64,000 nt of DNA from a virus, in the IMG/VR virus record IMGVR_UViG_3300044631_002422, positions 1 through 64,000 of that record, one strand, 5' to 3'. Positions 22,226 to 31,783 of the stretch are shown piece after piece. The notes under the pieces are model-generated. The model was not told where the DNA came from. It searched no databases and saw only the letters and a program-made list of their open reading frames with translations. Within the stretch, counting starts at the first letter, position 1. Each line of letters starts with the position of its first letter. The position numbers and the translations under genes were made by a program.

Positions 22226-22769
22226 CTTCCTCGTCCTTTTTATCGAATAGTTCGGTAAGTCTTTTGAAAATACTATTACAAATTAAAAATGCGCTATGTT
22301 TGTTGTCGCAGAAAATAACATTAACTTCATACTTGATAGATATTTCGAGTAAACATTTGATCAAATACTTTCCGGTTATTTTTGTTTCTTGTATTATATC
22401 AAATTTTTTGCCGCTAGGTTTCGGACCACCGTCTAGATATTTTTGATACGCCGCCTGTTCTTGTTCATTCAGTAAACTAGTTGGATAGCCTATAACATCA
22501 GAAGCAGAAAACTCAAGTAAAATATAACGAAATGGAAAATCTCGCATTCTTTCCACTTCTTTATAAAATGCTTCTTTCTTCCTGCCTAAATTCATTGCTA
22601 TTTCTGATACCGAAGCTTTTCGTTCAACACAAATAACATCTTCATAGCCTTTGATTGTGTAGTCTCCAGTCAGAAGAGTGCCAAGTTCCATTCCTTCGCA
22701 CTTATCGTATTCTGAAAAAAACCAACCTTCTTGTTCGCGCGTATCTTTTATAACAGTATACTTGCTCAT
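22194..22769 (-). CDS. ERCC4-domain nuclease
   Basis: DTREQ, GDY and VERK motifs of the XPF/ERCC4 family. Confidence 0.85.
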   Translation of the reverse strand: MSKYTVIKDTREQEGWFFSEYDKCEGMELGTLLTGDYTIKGYEDVICVERKASVSEIAMNLGRKKEAFYKEVERMRDFPFRYILLEFSASDVIGYPTSLLNEQEQAAYQKYLDGGPKPSGKKFDIIQETKITGKYLIKCLLEISIKYEVNVIFCDNKHSAFLICNSIFKRLTELFDKKDEEDAEGQKRYDF

Positions 22770-22771
22770 AC

Positions 22772-23017
22772 TTATGCGTTTATATCTGGCTCGGAAGGAG
22801 GCGCTGGAGGAGGCGACGGTGGAGTTTCTTCACCAATTGGACGGTTGTCTGTTTTTTGAATTCGGACTTTGTTTGTTACTTGATCTAAACTACAGCGAAT
22901 ACCGTATTTTCGATTGTACTTTCCGCAAAATTCATTGAATGCAACAATATCGTCACAATCAATAGTTATGTCGCCGCCTTGTAAAATTTGCTGTAAAGCT
23001 TGCTCTAGATTATTCAT
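22772..23017 (-). CDS. Hypothetical protein with Pro-rich tail
   Basis: 81-aa ORF tightly coupled to both neighbours. Confidence 0.6.
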   Translation of the reverse strand: MNNLEQALQQILQGGDITIDCDDIVAFNEFCGKYNRKYGIRCSLDQVTNKVRIQKTDNRPIGEETPPSPPPAPPSEPDINA

Positions 23018-23286
23018 TTTTTGCTCCTAACCTTTTCTGTAAAATATGAAATATAATGTGATTCAAACCCTGTAACATCTTTATGGCATAATTTGCATAA
23101 AGTTATTCCATTATCTGTATCGTAACGAAGAGTACTGGCTGAACTCCATTTCATTATATGATGAACATTCAGCCTTAAGTTTTTACCTTTTTTATTACAC
23201 ATTTGGCATGTGAATTTGTCTCTTTTTAGAACAGCATCGCGAAACCTCTTGTAAACAGGGTCGCTGTAATCTCGCTTCTTCGACAT
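23014..23286 (-). CDS. HNH endonuclease
   Basis: RDKFTCQMC, VHHI, NGITLCKLCH. Confidence 0.9.
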   Translation of the reverse strand: MSKKRDYSDPVYKRFRDAVLKRDKFTCQMCNKKGKNLRLNVHHIMKWSSASTLRYDTDNGITLCKLCHKDVTGFESHYISYFTEKVRSKK

Positions 23287-24331
23287 CGTGGTCTACCATT
23301 CTTTCTGCTAGTTGAGTAAAACTAATTTCTCGCTGCCACCCAAGCACTCTTTCAGCTTTAGCTGGAATCCCAAGGAGATAATCCACTTCGGATGGACGAT
23401 AAAATTGTGGATCAACCACAACATAATTCACCCAGTTTTCAATTCCAATCCGAGCAAAAGCAGCATCTAAAAATTCTCGCACACTGTATGTTTGCCCTGT
23501 GGCAACAACGTAATCGTCAGGAGTTTCTTGCTGAAGCATGAGCCACATGGCATTTACATAATCTTGAGCATGACCCCAATCACGCTTTGCATCCAAATTA
23601 CCCAAACGTAATTTCGGAAAAGAATCTCTTGTGGCAATTATATAATGGTCATCGAAAGCAATATCGCCAAGTTTATTGTATTTATTGCTCCATCTTACAT
23701 ACTCGCCAATCCATTTTGTAATTTTGCGTGTTACAAAATGTTCGCCGCGACGTTCTGACTCATGGTTGAACAAAATGCCGCTACTAGCATGTATTCCATA
23801 ACTGTCACGATAGTTTCGCACCAAATGATGTGCGGCCAGTTTGGCAATAGCATAAGGGCTTTGCGGTAAAAACTTGGTATCTTCGTCTTGGAATTTTAAT
23901 ACTGGCCCATTGTATTCATCGTAAGTTTCATCGTAAGAAGCCCCGAACATTTCACTGCTGCTGGCTTGATAAAATCGAATTTCACTTTTTCGTGACGAGT
24001 ATCGTATCGCTTCAAGTATATTCAATACTCCACCGGCTGTGATATCCCATGTTAAACTCGGTTGTTTAAAACTAGTACCAACATGCGACTGAGCGGCAAG
24101 GTTGTAGATTTCATCGGGCTGAGAATCTTCTATAACTTTACTGACATTAAAACCATCGGTAATGTCACCCTCGACGATATTTATTTTGGGCAGAAGGTGT
24201 TCAATACGAGCGAGTGTATTAACACTCACACGGCGAGTTACACCCGTAACTGCATACCCTTTTGCCAAAAGCAACTCGGCCAAATAACTTCCGTCTTGTC
24301 CAGTAATACCCCAAATTAAAGCTTTCTTCAT
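23195..24331 (-). CDS. gmd: GDP-mannose 4,6-dehydratase
   Basis: GITGQDGSYL, NLAAQSHV, YQASSSEMFG, SPYAIAK, FNHES, LGNLDAKRDWGHA. Confidence 0.95.
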   Translation of the reverse strand: MKKALIWGITGQDGSYLAELLLAKGYAVTGVTRRVSVNTLARIEHLLPKINIVEGDITDGFNVSKVIEDSQPDEIYNLAAQSHVGTSFKQPSLTWDITAGGVLNILEAIRYSSRKSEIRFYQASSSEMFGASYDETYDEYNGPVLKFQDEDTKFLPQSPYAIAKLAAHHLVRNYRDSYGIHASSGILFNHESERRGEHFVTRKITKWIGEYVRWSNKYNKLGDIAFDDHYIIATRDSFPKLRLGNLDAKRDWGHAQDYVNAMWLMLQQETPDDYVVATGQTYSVREFLDAAFARIGIENWVNYVVVDPQFYRPSEVDYLLGIPAKAERVLGWQREISFTQLAERMVDHDVEEARLQRPCLQEVSRCCSKKRQIHMPNV

Positions 24332-25129
24332 TTATTGTTCCTTGATTAATGTTTCAGAAGTTAAAAATGGTTGGTCAATCGTGCCGTCCTCGTACCGATG
24401 ATATTCACTCAGTTTTTCTTTTTCGTGATGCATGGCAAGACGCATTTTTTCCATTTCCAACCCAATCCTTGTGCGAAATTCTGAATCGGTTGCAATTTGT
24501 TTTACAAGTGCTGCAAATGTTTCGCGACTGTCTTCGATGGCCTTGATGCGTTGCTCGCGTGTTCCCTTCAAGTCTTTCAGCATTGTTGCTTTGCGTGTTT
24601 GCAAATCTTTATAATCACGCGAAAGCGTTTCCTGCGAAGCCCGCAAAACCGCCACCTGACGTTCAAGCTGGATGATGTATTCCATATCGCGTTGATCTTT
24701 ATCCACAGCCTTCTCTTCTTGAACGAGACGTTCATACGTCGAGATTTCGTTTTGATTTTCTTGCTGGCTCCTCAAAATCCTATTCATCAAAATTTCCAAC
24801 TTTATAGTGTCAATGATTTGCATTTCCTCGGTATGAAACACATCGTCCTTGAACTGACTCCACATCTTTTTAAAATGAAACTCAAACATTTCAAGCTCGT
24901 CTTCATTGAACTGATGTTTTAATTCACGATAATATGGCTTGGTTTTAAGCTCGTTGGCAACAGCAGCTTCTTGCTTTTGCTTGGCCGAAAAGCCTATTTT
25001 TTTGCTGATCCACTCGCGCACACTTTCAGGGTCGCGGTCGAGTTGTTGGGAGATTTGCTCTATCGACAATACCTCGGCATTGGCCTCGATATAGGACATT
25101 TCTTCAACTGAAAATCTACCTTTTTTCAA
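24332..25129 (-). CDS. HTH plus coiled-coil protein (terminase small subunit candidate)
   Basis: N-terminal helix-turn-helix-like segment and a long coiled coil, upstream of terL; TTG start; function is inference. Confidence 0.45.
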   Translation of the reverse strand: MKKGRFSVEEMSYIEANAEVLSIEQISQQLDRDPESVREWISKKIGFSAKQKQEAAVANELKTKPYYRELKHQFNEDELEMFEFHFKKMWSQFKDDVFHTEEMQIIDTIKLEILMNRILRSQQENQNEISTYERLVQEEKAVDKDQRDMEYIIQLERQVAVLRASQETLSRDYKDLQTRKATMLKDLKGTREQRIKAIEDSRETFAALVKQIATDSEFRTRIGLEMEKMRLAMHHEKEKLSEYHRYEDGTIDQPFLTSETLIKEQ

Positions 25130-25144
25130 ATTGCTTTCCTTGTG

Positions 25145-25690
25145 TTATGTCAACTCGTCAAGTTCGCCATTGATAATCTGCTCGATAATATTTATAATAT
25201 TGGCCTTGCGGCCTTTGGGCAGAGGAGAGTTTGACTGTAATCTTAAATAATCACGACGCAAATGTGTGGGGAGTTTACGATCAATAAGTTCGAGTATTTC
25301 CTTTACATAAGCATCGTTGTTTACGTCGGGCGCGGTGTGCATTGTATAAACATTGTCGATACTAACAGGTTCGAGCAAGTCGCGCTTTTGGTGTTGTATT
25401 TTTTCGGCCTCGGTTCCGTAGTCCATGCGGTAGTAATTATCGCGTTTAAATGTTTTCAAACGATTGTTTATATGCGTGTACATAAAGTTTTCCAGTGGGC
25501 GAGTAGGGTCATAACTTTTTAGCCCAGCAAATCCAATGAGAAAAGCTTCTTGTTCGATATCTTCGACTTCATACCCAGCAAAAACATATTTTGGGGCTAA
25601 TCTTTTGGCAATTTTTTGAATAGTGGCAATAACTTCCTGTTCGTTTAATCCATCAGGTATTTTCATTAAGCTCCTCGTCAATTTCATCAA
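25145..25690 (-). CDS. Phage RNA polymerase sigma factor, sigma70 region 2 (start probably 25666)
   Basis: EDIEQEAFL...YDPTRP.ENFMYTHINNRL matches region 2. Confidence 0.75.
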   Translation of the reverse strand: MMKLTRSLMKIPDGLNEQEVIATIQKIAKRLAPKYVFAGYEVEDIEQEAFLIGFAGLKSYDPTRPLENFMYTHINNRLKTFKRDNYYRMDYGTEAEKIQHQKRDLLEPVSIDNVYTMHTAPDVNNDAYVKEILELIDRKLPTHLRRDYLRLQSNSPLPKGRKANIINIIEQIINGELDELT

Positions 25691-25919
25691 TCAAACGCTC
25701 TTCTTCGCGGCGTAGATCGGCTGGGTCTGGTTGATACTGAAAACTCCAGTCAATAACTGGTTGCATTGTTTCAGAATTTTCAACCGCCCGCAAACGCGCA
25801 AGTTCGTCTATTGTTAGTGGGCGATCCGGCAACTCAAGGTCGCGGGCAATTGATTTGCGTAGCTCGTCGGTGTCAACAGCTTCGACATTAAAAAGATTTT
25901 TTGGTTTTAAATTTTTCAT
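25653..25919 (-). CDS. Hypothetical protein
   Basis: 88 aa with AAGGAG RBS; first gene of the minus-strand operon. Confidence 0.65.
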   Translation of the reverse strand: MKNLKPKNLFNVEAVDTDELRKSIARDLELPDRPLTIDELARLRAVENSETMQPVIDWSFQYQPDPADLRREEERLIDEIDEELNENT

Positions 25920-26022
25920 TATATTTCTCCTTTTGTATCATTATATCTCCAAACAGTAAAATATACACAAATTTCGAAATTTTTGCGTATGTTATAGCAG
26001 AGAAAAGTTTAAGGGTCAAAGT

Positions 26023-26571
26023 ATGGACGAATCAATGATAAACATTTTTGTACTGGGTTTTGTGTGTTTGCTGGGACTATTTTTAGTGCTGGTGGAATTG
26101 CACCATTTAAATTTAACTCTAAAAGAATTAGTCAAAGCTGTAAAAATGGGCCGCAAGCCCGGAGTTGTATTTCCTGTTTTTAAAGATGGAGAAAAGAATA
26201 TGTTAAAGTTTTATTTGTCGCTGCCAGCCAAGGGTGCTGCCGACGTTGTGGCCCGCGAACTGCTCGTTTCGATTGCTGGTGCTGAACCAGCTTTGTACGT
26301 CTTGGGCGCTGACGCCGCACAAAGCGCTGAGTTTTCTGGTTCCGACAACAGCACTGTTGTTGGTACACTAGTTGACATTGACGACGCTGGAAACCGATCA
26401 AGTGCAAGCTCGTTCGAGTTTGTTTTGGTTGACACAATTCCTCCTGCTACACCCGGAGCAGTTGGATTGGTTGTAACCGAAGAAGTTGCTGACCCAACAC
26501 CAGAGCCAGAAGCTCCGGTCGAACCAGCCGAACCAGCCGAACCAGAAGTTCCCGAAACTCCCGAAGGCTAA
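26023..26571 (+). CDS. Membrane-anchored protein with Ig/FN3-like domain and PE-rich tail
   Basis: N-terminal TM segment, DDAGNRS and DTIPPATP motifs, EPAEP repeats; possible internal start at MLKF. Confidence 0.6.
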   Translation: MDESMINIFVLGFVCLLGLFLVLVELHHLNLTLKELVKAVKMGRKPGVVFPVFKDGEKNMLKFYLSLPAKGAADVVARELLVSIAGAEPALYVLGADAAQSAEFSGSDNSTVVGTLVDIDDAGNRSSASSFEFVLVDTIPPATPGAVGLVVTEEVADPTPEPEAPVEPAEPAEPEVPETPEG

Positions 26572-26602
26572 TGCAACACAGTTGCAAAAGTTTTCGAAAC
26601 GG

Positions 26603-26633
26603 AACCGTTGAAAGCAATTTCAGCGGTTTTTTT
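26603..26633 (+). terminator. Intrinsic terminator
   Basis: AACCGTTGAAA-GCAA-TTTCAGCGGTT followed by a T-run. Confidence 0.8.
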
Positions 26634-26891
26634 ATCAACAACCATGTGTAATCAATTTGGTTTAGCTAAGACATTTACAAATATTGATGGGCAATTTAGT
26701 CTGAACCACCCCGGCGTTTGTCAAGGGGAAATCCACTTTTTTTCCTGAACATAAAATACCACCCCCTAGCTAGGGCATTTCGGAAATTTTTGTCTTTTTT
26801 TTCTGATTTTGGCTGTAGGCTATTGACATTTCCTGTCGATATGGTATAATAGAGACATCGAAAGCAAGTTAATCACACAAAGGAAACGAAC

Positions 26892-27056
26892 ATGAAACAC
26901 AACGTTAAAATCATCGAAGAAAAGACAACCAAGGCAATCAACGGCGTTTGGTTCAAAGTTTACGTTAACGGGATTAGCGTAGGCTATCGCTCGACACGCG
27001 AACAAGCCGAGAAACTTTCTCAAGAAATTTTGGCAAAAAAGACTTATCGCTCTTGA
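26892..27056 (+). CDS. Small early protein, family A (54 aa, absent from ORF track)
   Basis: Promoter plus AAGGAAA RBS; FKVYVNG..R.TRE.AE..IL.KK.YRS shared with 30686-30856. Confidence 0.8.
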   Translation: MKHNVKIIEEKTTKAINGVWFKVYVNGISVGYRSTREQAEKLSQEILAKKTYRS

Positions 27057-27118
27057 CAATGGATGCCGATATAGTATAATAGAAGCATACAAAAGACAAT
27101 CACACAAAGGAAAAAAGA

Positions 27119-27307
27119 ATGAACGAAACAGAATTCAGCTTGACAATCAACGGAACCACTTTTGTAGCTACTTGGTTCGACAAAGAAGACGACCGCGTAG
27201 CCGAGTGGTACATCGACGCTAACGGTGAACGTGTTGGCAAGTTTCGCGGTTATCCAAGTAACGCAAAGCAAGTAGAAAATTTCATCCGGCATTTTCTTGC
27301 CAAGTAA
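27119..27307 (+). CDS. Small early protein, family B
   Basis: Own promoter and RBS; EWYIDANGE resembles ELWIDVNGE of 30189-30395. Confidence 0.75.
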   Translation: MNETEFSLTINGTTFVATWFDKEDDRVAEWYIDANGERVGKFRGYPSNAKQVENFIRHFLAK

Positions 27308-27538
27308 ACGATGAATACCGACGAAACGGTTGGTAGTGTACAGCTGTAAAATAGTGTACACGCGTATACTAGTCGGGCCGACCCAAATCGTCGTAAGTCC
27401 TAGAGCCACAAGGACTTATGGCAACAGGAAAAATTCTGAAAAAAATTTCTTTTTTTGTTCTAAAGCTATTGACAGTGTTTTGCCGATATGTATAATAAGG
27501 ACATGAGAAACAACAACACACAACAAAAGGAAACGAAA

Positions 27539-27673
27539 ATGAACACTGTCAAGATTGTCAAGGTTAACACTTGCTGGGGAGCTTACTGGTACACCGTAAA
27601 GGTTAACGGAATTGCCGTTGCGAATTGCGGTACATTGTCACACGCTCAAGAAATTTCTAAAAAATATTCCTAA
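27539..27673 (+). CDS. Small early protein, family A-like
   Basis: RBS-supported start; YTVKVNG..VANCGTL.HA shared with 28156-28332. Confidence 0.75.
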   Translation: MNTVKIVKVNTCWGAYWYTVKVNGIAVANCGTLSHAQEISKKYS

Positions 27674-27740
27674 AGCTATTGACAACCGATTGCCGATAAG
27701 TATAATAACAACATACGAAACACAACACAAGGAAACGACA

Positions 27741-27905
27741 ATGGACAGCTTTGACAACATTCAGTGCGACGAAATGCCATTCGAACCCAAGCAATCGGAC
27801 TGGCTGGAGTTTCAAATGTGGCTTGACAGCTTGCCGATTCGCGACGATGAAATCGGGGTTGAATACGGGCCTATCGAGTTTCCTGCCGATGACCTTCCCT
27901 TCTAA
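27741..27905 (+). CDS. Small acidic early protein, family C
   Basis: MDSF..Q.DE....P...DW.E...W.D shared with 33410-33601. Confidence 0.75.
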   Translation: MDSFDNIQCDEMPFEPKQSDWLEFQMWLDSLPIRDDEIGVEYGPIEFPADDLPF

Positions 27906-28155
27906 GGGCTTGACCCACAAGCCTCGCCCAAGTCGCGAGCATAGTTCGCCTCTCTATTCCAAAAGAGGCTTTTTATACACTAGTGTACAAGCGTACACCT
28001 GCCGGGCCGACCCAAATCGCCGTAAGTCCTAGAGCGCCAAGGGTTTACGTCAATTCAAAAAATTCCTAGAAAAATTTCTTTTTTTCTGCTCAAGTCTATT
28101 GACATTTCTAGCCGATACTGTATAATAGAAGCATAACACAACAAGGAAAATAAAA

Positions 28156-28332
28156 ATGACTATCTCAATTATCCCCCACGAAGCAACTAGCGGCTACGGC
28201 TTTCATTACACTGTAGAAATCGCCGGTTCGGTTGTTGCAATCTGCGGAACTCTGCATCATGCTCGCAAAGTTGCTGACGAAAAAAGAAAAGAATATCTCA
28301 AAAATTTGATTGATGGTATTGACAGTTTGTAA
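28156..28332 (+). CDS. Small early protein, family A-like (58 aa, absent from ORF track)
   Basis: Promoter 28099, AAGGAAA RBS, YTVEIAG..VAICGTLHHA. Confidence 0.75.
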   Translation: MTISIIPHEATSGYGFHYTVEIAGSVVAICGTLHHARKVADEKRKEYLKNLIDGIDSL

Positions 28333-28371
28333 CCGATAAGTATAATAAGAACACACACAAAGGAAAAAAAC

Positions 28372-28572
28372 ATGAAAACAGAACTACTCAAAAAAGCCGC
28401 TATTGCTCACCTTCCGCACGTTACTGATTACAAGTTGATTAACGAATTGCAACAACGAATTGTGGCTGATATTGTAGGTCATGAAAATGGTCGCGGTTGT
28501 TTGAGCAGTGAATACATTTCCAAACTGAACGCATTAAATGATGCAATCAACGCGGTTAAGGTTCACTGGTAA
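28372..28572 (+). CDS. Hypothetical early protein
   Basis: Promoter 28319 and RBS. Confidence 0.7.
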   Translation: MKTELLKKAAIAHLPHVTDYKLINELQQRIVADIVGHENGRGCLSSEYISKLNALNDAINAVKVHW

Positions 28573-28774
28573 TAATTTTACAATAATTATAAATACAACA
28601 CACACACACACACAAGGAAACGAAAAATGAAAATTTACATTGCAATCGAAGCGGATAAGGGTCTTGGGCAAACCATGATTCGAGCTTTTTATAACAAAGA
28701 AGAAGCTGAAAAATTCGCAAAAGAAAATCGTTATTGGATTGAAGAAGTTGAATTGTCGTAACGAAAGGAAAATT

Positions 28775-28954
28775 ATGTTCGACCGTTTTGCCGTTGCCGT
28801 TTTTTTAATGGATTATCATAGTGGCCAGTGGAGCCGAGGCTATCGCATTCTATCCAAAATGCGGCCCGAAAATTTCTCCTCTGATTTCTGTGAAGAAATG
28901 CGGAACACCGAATATTACGCTCACCTAGTTGCAAATTATGAAAACGAAGTATAA
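28775..28954 (+). CDS. Hypothetical early protein (DYHSGQWSRGY motif)
   Basis: AAGGAAA RBS before MFDRF. Confidence 0.65.
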   Translation: MFDRFAVAVFLMDYHSGQWSRGYRILSKMRPENFSSDFCEEMRNTEYYAHLVANYENEV

Positions 28955-28966
28955 GGAAAAATTATA

Positions 28967-29293
28967 ATGTTTACACGCGCCCAATATCTTGCCGGTGAAT
29001 GTTCGCACCAAGAATATTACGGTCAATTTGTTAATCAGTGGATTCTTACTTGCGTAAAGGGAAAATATGGAGTTAATCGATTAATTGAAGCTGAAAAGCT
29101 TGATATTAATTTTAACACTATCCCATTGTATTCATGGGACCAACTGAATATAATGTCGGCAGTTGACCAAGAACTTTGGGCTGCTGCTAATGGTTCACGA
29201 TATTACAGCCTATCTGATAATCTTTGCATCCAAAAACAAGCTGCTCGAATGATTGTAGAAAAATATCATAGTGAACAAAACGCCACTGTCTGA
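28967..29293 (+). CDS. Hypothetical early protein
   Basis: 108 aa with RBS. Confidence 0.75.
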   Translation: MFTRAQYLAGECSHQEYYGQFVNQWILTCVKGKYGVNRLIEAEKLDINFNTIPLYSWDQLNIMSAVDQELWAAANGSRYYSLSDNLCIQKQAARMIVEKYHSEQNATV

Positions 29294-29733
29294 CCCTATG
29301 TAAACAGACTGCGCAAAACAACCGCCCTAAGTGCTAGAGCCACAAGGACTTAGGTCAACGCGGGCCGCCGCCGTAAGTCGCAAGTCCTAGAGCCGCAAGG
29401 GTTTACGTCAATTCTCTAGAGCAATCGTCATGCCAATCGGCAAGTGAACAAAGATTGTACATGCCAATGAGCAGAATCTATGCAGCCAATGAGCAGTTTC
29501 TGTACACCCAGCAACGCTGCTTAAATTTTAGGCACGAAAACCGCGTGTTTTGAGCAGGAAAAAAATTCTGTGCTTAATTTTTGACTTGGCACGGGATTCG
29601 CTCTATATAGTGGTATGGAAAGTAAAAATCAAAAACAGAAACTTGCTGGGGAAAGAAAAGTTTCTGCTAAAGATTTAGCTTGACAATGACGATAAATATG
29701 GTATAATAGAGTAATAAGAATTAAGGAAAAAAA

Positions 29734-29934
29734 ATGAAAATTCTAAAAAGTAAAATCACAAAATTTGGTGCAAAAGTTAACCTAGTCGATGGTGGCGAAG
29801 GTACAAAACAATTCTTTGCACTGTCAAAACGTTATTGGATTTCTTATGGTGAATCTGCAAGTCCTCAAAATAATTGCAGAAATCGCTCAGATAATCTGAA
29901 ATATATCGAAAAAAAGTTTCAAGAAATTATCTAA
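29734..29934 (+). CDS. Hypothetical early protein
   Basis: Promoter 29680 and RBS. Confidence 0.65.
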   Translation: MKILKSKITKFGAKVNLVDGGEGTKQFFALSKRYWISYGESASPQNNCRNRSDNLKYIEKKFQEII

Positions 29935-29996
29935 AGCTCTTGACAACATCTTGTCGATACTGTATAATAGAATCACACAACACAAAGGAAACGAAA

Positions 29997-30134
29997 ATGA
30001 TTATCAACGGTTTTAAATTTTATGTTCGTCAACACGATACCGCCGACAAGTATTATGTCGCGATGAAGGGCGATGTGGTTCTCACTTCAAAAAGTTTGGA
30101 TTATCTTGTGAAAAAAGTCAAGAAACACGCTTGA
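29997..30134 (+). CDS. Small early protein
   Basis: Promoter 29940 and RBS; stop codon lies in the next -35 box. Confidence 0.65.
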   Translation: MIINGFKFYVRQHDTADKYYVAMKGDVVLTSKSLDYLVKKVKKHA

Positions 30135-30188
30135 CAACGCCGATAATTACTGTATAATAACAACACACAACACAACAAAGGAAAAAAT

Positions 30189-30395
30189 ATGATTGAAAAA
30201 TTTGATTACAATAGTTATGAAATCGCGACGTTTGTATATGACGGCGACCGCGAACGTTTGAAGGAATTGTGGATTGATGTCAACGGCGAATTTATTGGGG
30301 CGATTCGATTTCGCTCGATGAAACCATCGCAAGAACAAATCGAACAATACGTTGACGAATATCTTTCAGAAATGGCATTGGGATACGAAATATGA
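30189..30395 (+). CDS. Small early protein, family B
   Basis: Promoter 30131 and RBS; similar to 27119-27307. Confidence 0.75.
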   Translation: MIEKFDYNSYEIATFVYDGDRERLKELWIDVNGEFIGAIRFRSMKPSQEQIEQYVDEYLSEMALGYEI

Positions 30396-30685
30396 AAAAC
30401 GAAATTGAAAGCCTGGAAAGTATGTCGTATGATGAACTACTTCAGGCGGCTATTGCTCTGCTTGAAAATGCGGTCGAATTACGGGCCGAATTGGATAAAA
30501 TCAGGGGCATCATCAGATGAACAACTAGTGTACAAGTGTACAGTGGCCGGGCGGGCCGCAATCGACGTAAGTCCTAGAGCCACAAGGGTTTACGTCAACA
30601 AAAAAATTTTCCAGAAAATTTCCAGAATTGGGCTCAAGACTCTTGACAAATCCAGCCGATAGTGTATAATAGAGGCATAAGGAAA

Positions 30686-30856
30686 ATGAAAATGAAAAAC
30701 GAAATGACAATCACCGAAACCAAAACCAACAAGTCCCTAACCGGTTCTTTTTTCAAAGTTTACATTAACGGCCAACTGGTGGCAACTCGCACAACCCGCG
30801 AAGCCGCTGAAGAAGCTGGAAAAAAAATTCTGGAAAAAAAGGTCTACCGCTCTTGA
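30686..30856 (+). CDS. Small early protein, family A
   Basis: Paralog of 26892-27056; start 30686 or 30692. Confidence 0.75.
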   Translation: MKMKNEMTITETKTNKSLTGSFFKVYINGQLVATRTTREAAEEAGKKILEKKVYRS

Positions 30857-30923
30857 CAATGGCTGTCGGTTTGGTATAATCAGAGCATAAGTTAATCACA
30901 CAAACACAAAAGGAAAAAACACA

Positions 30924-31274
30924 ATGAACACTCAACAAGCTATCCGCGAATTTCAAGCCGCTATCGAATCCGTTATCGAAATCCCAAACAGTTGGTTGCC
31001 AACTGAATTGCATGATGACGTTCGTGGTGGTCGCACAATCGAACGTCTCAACGAACTACTCGACGAACGCGATGGTATCACCGAACATCGCAAGCTCAAA
31101 GCTCTCAAAGCTCGCAACATCGAAAAGTATGCCGCTACAGTTGCAGCCGGTCAAGAAATTGATTACAATATTGGCGAACGCGACGAATTGCAACTCTATC
31201 GTAATGAATGTGCAATGATTGAAGGAATGATTCACGCTGGTCATATCGACCGCGACGATTTGGAAGTAGAATAA
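30924..31274 (+). CDS. Hypothetical early protein
   Basis: 116 aa with promoter 30853 and RBS. Confidence 0.8.
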   Translation: MNTQQAIREFQAAIESVIEIPNSWLPTELHDDVRGGRTIERLNELLDERDGITEHRKLKALKARNIEKYAATVAAGQEIDYNIGERDELQLYRNECAMIEGMIHAGHIDRDDLEVE

Positions 31275-31471
31275 TGAACAGTAAAAAAATTGCAAAACGG
31301 CTTGAAGCAATGGGCTATAAGTTAACCCGCCGATTGAATTATTGGATTGTAAGTTGTGAGGAATTACCTTGGGATTGGGTATTTACTAACTTAAAAGAAG
31401 TTGAGCGTTGGACTCATATCGAAGAAACTGTTGGCGATAGATTTTGCTATCCCGAACCAGACGAGTGCTAA
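31274..31471 (+). CDS. Hypothetical protein
   Basis: TAATG coupling to the upstream gene. Confidence 0.65.
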   Translation: MNSKKIAKRLEAMGYKLTRRLNYWIVSCEELPWDWVFTNLKEVERWTHIEETVGDRFCYPEPDEC

Positions 31472-31783
31472 TGAAATTTTTTAAATCGTTTTTTATAATA
31501 TTGTGGATGGTTGGGTTTTTGTATTGTAGTATAATGGCTGTTACTTTTCTAATTCTGGATTTTATAAAATGGTTTTGAACACGCTATAGTGTACAACTGT
31601 ACAGGTCGGCGGGCGGCCCGGCGAGCCGTAAGTCCTAGAGCCTCAAGGGTTTACGTCTGTCAAGTAGGCAAAACCCATGCCACACAAAAAAGATTTTTTT
31701 TCTTATTTTTCTCTCAAGTATCTTGACAACTAGTGCCGATACTGTATAATGAGGAAGTCAATCACACACACAAGGAAAAAGTC

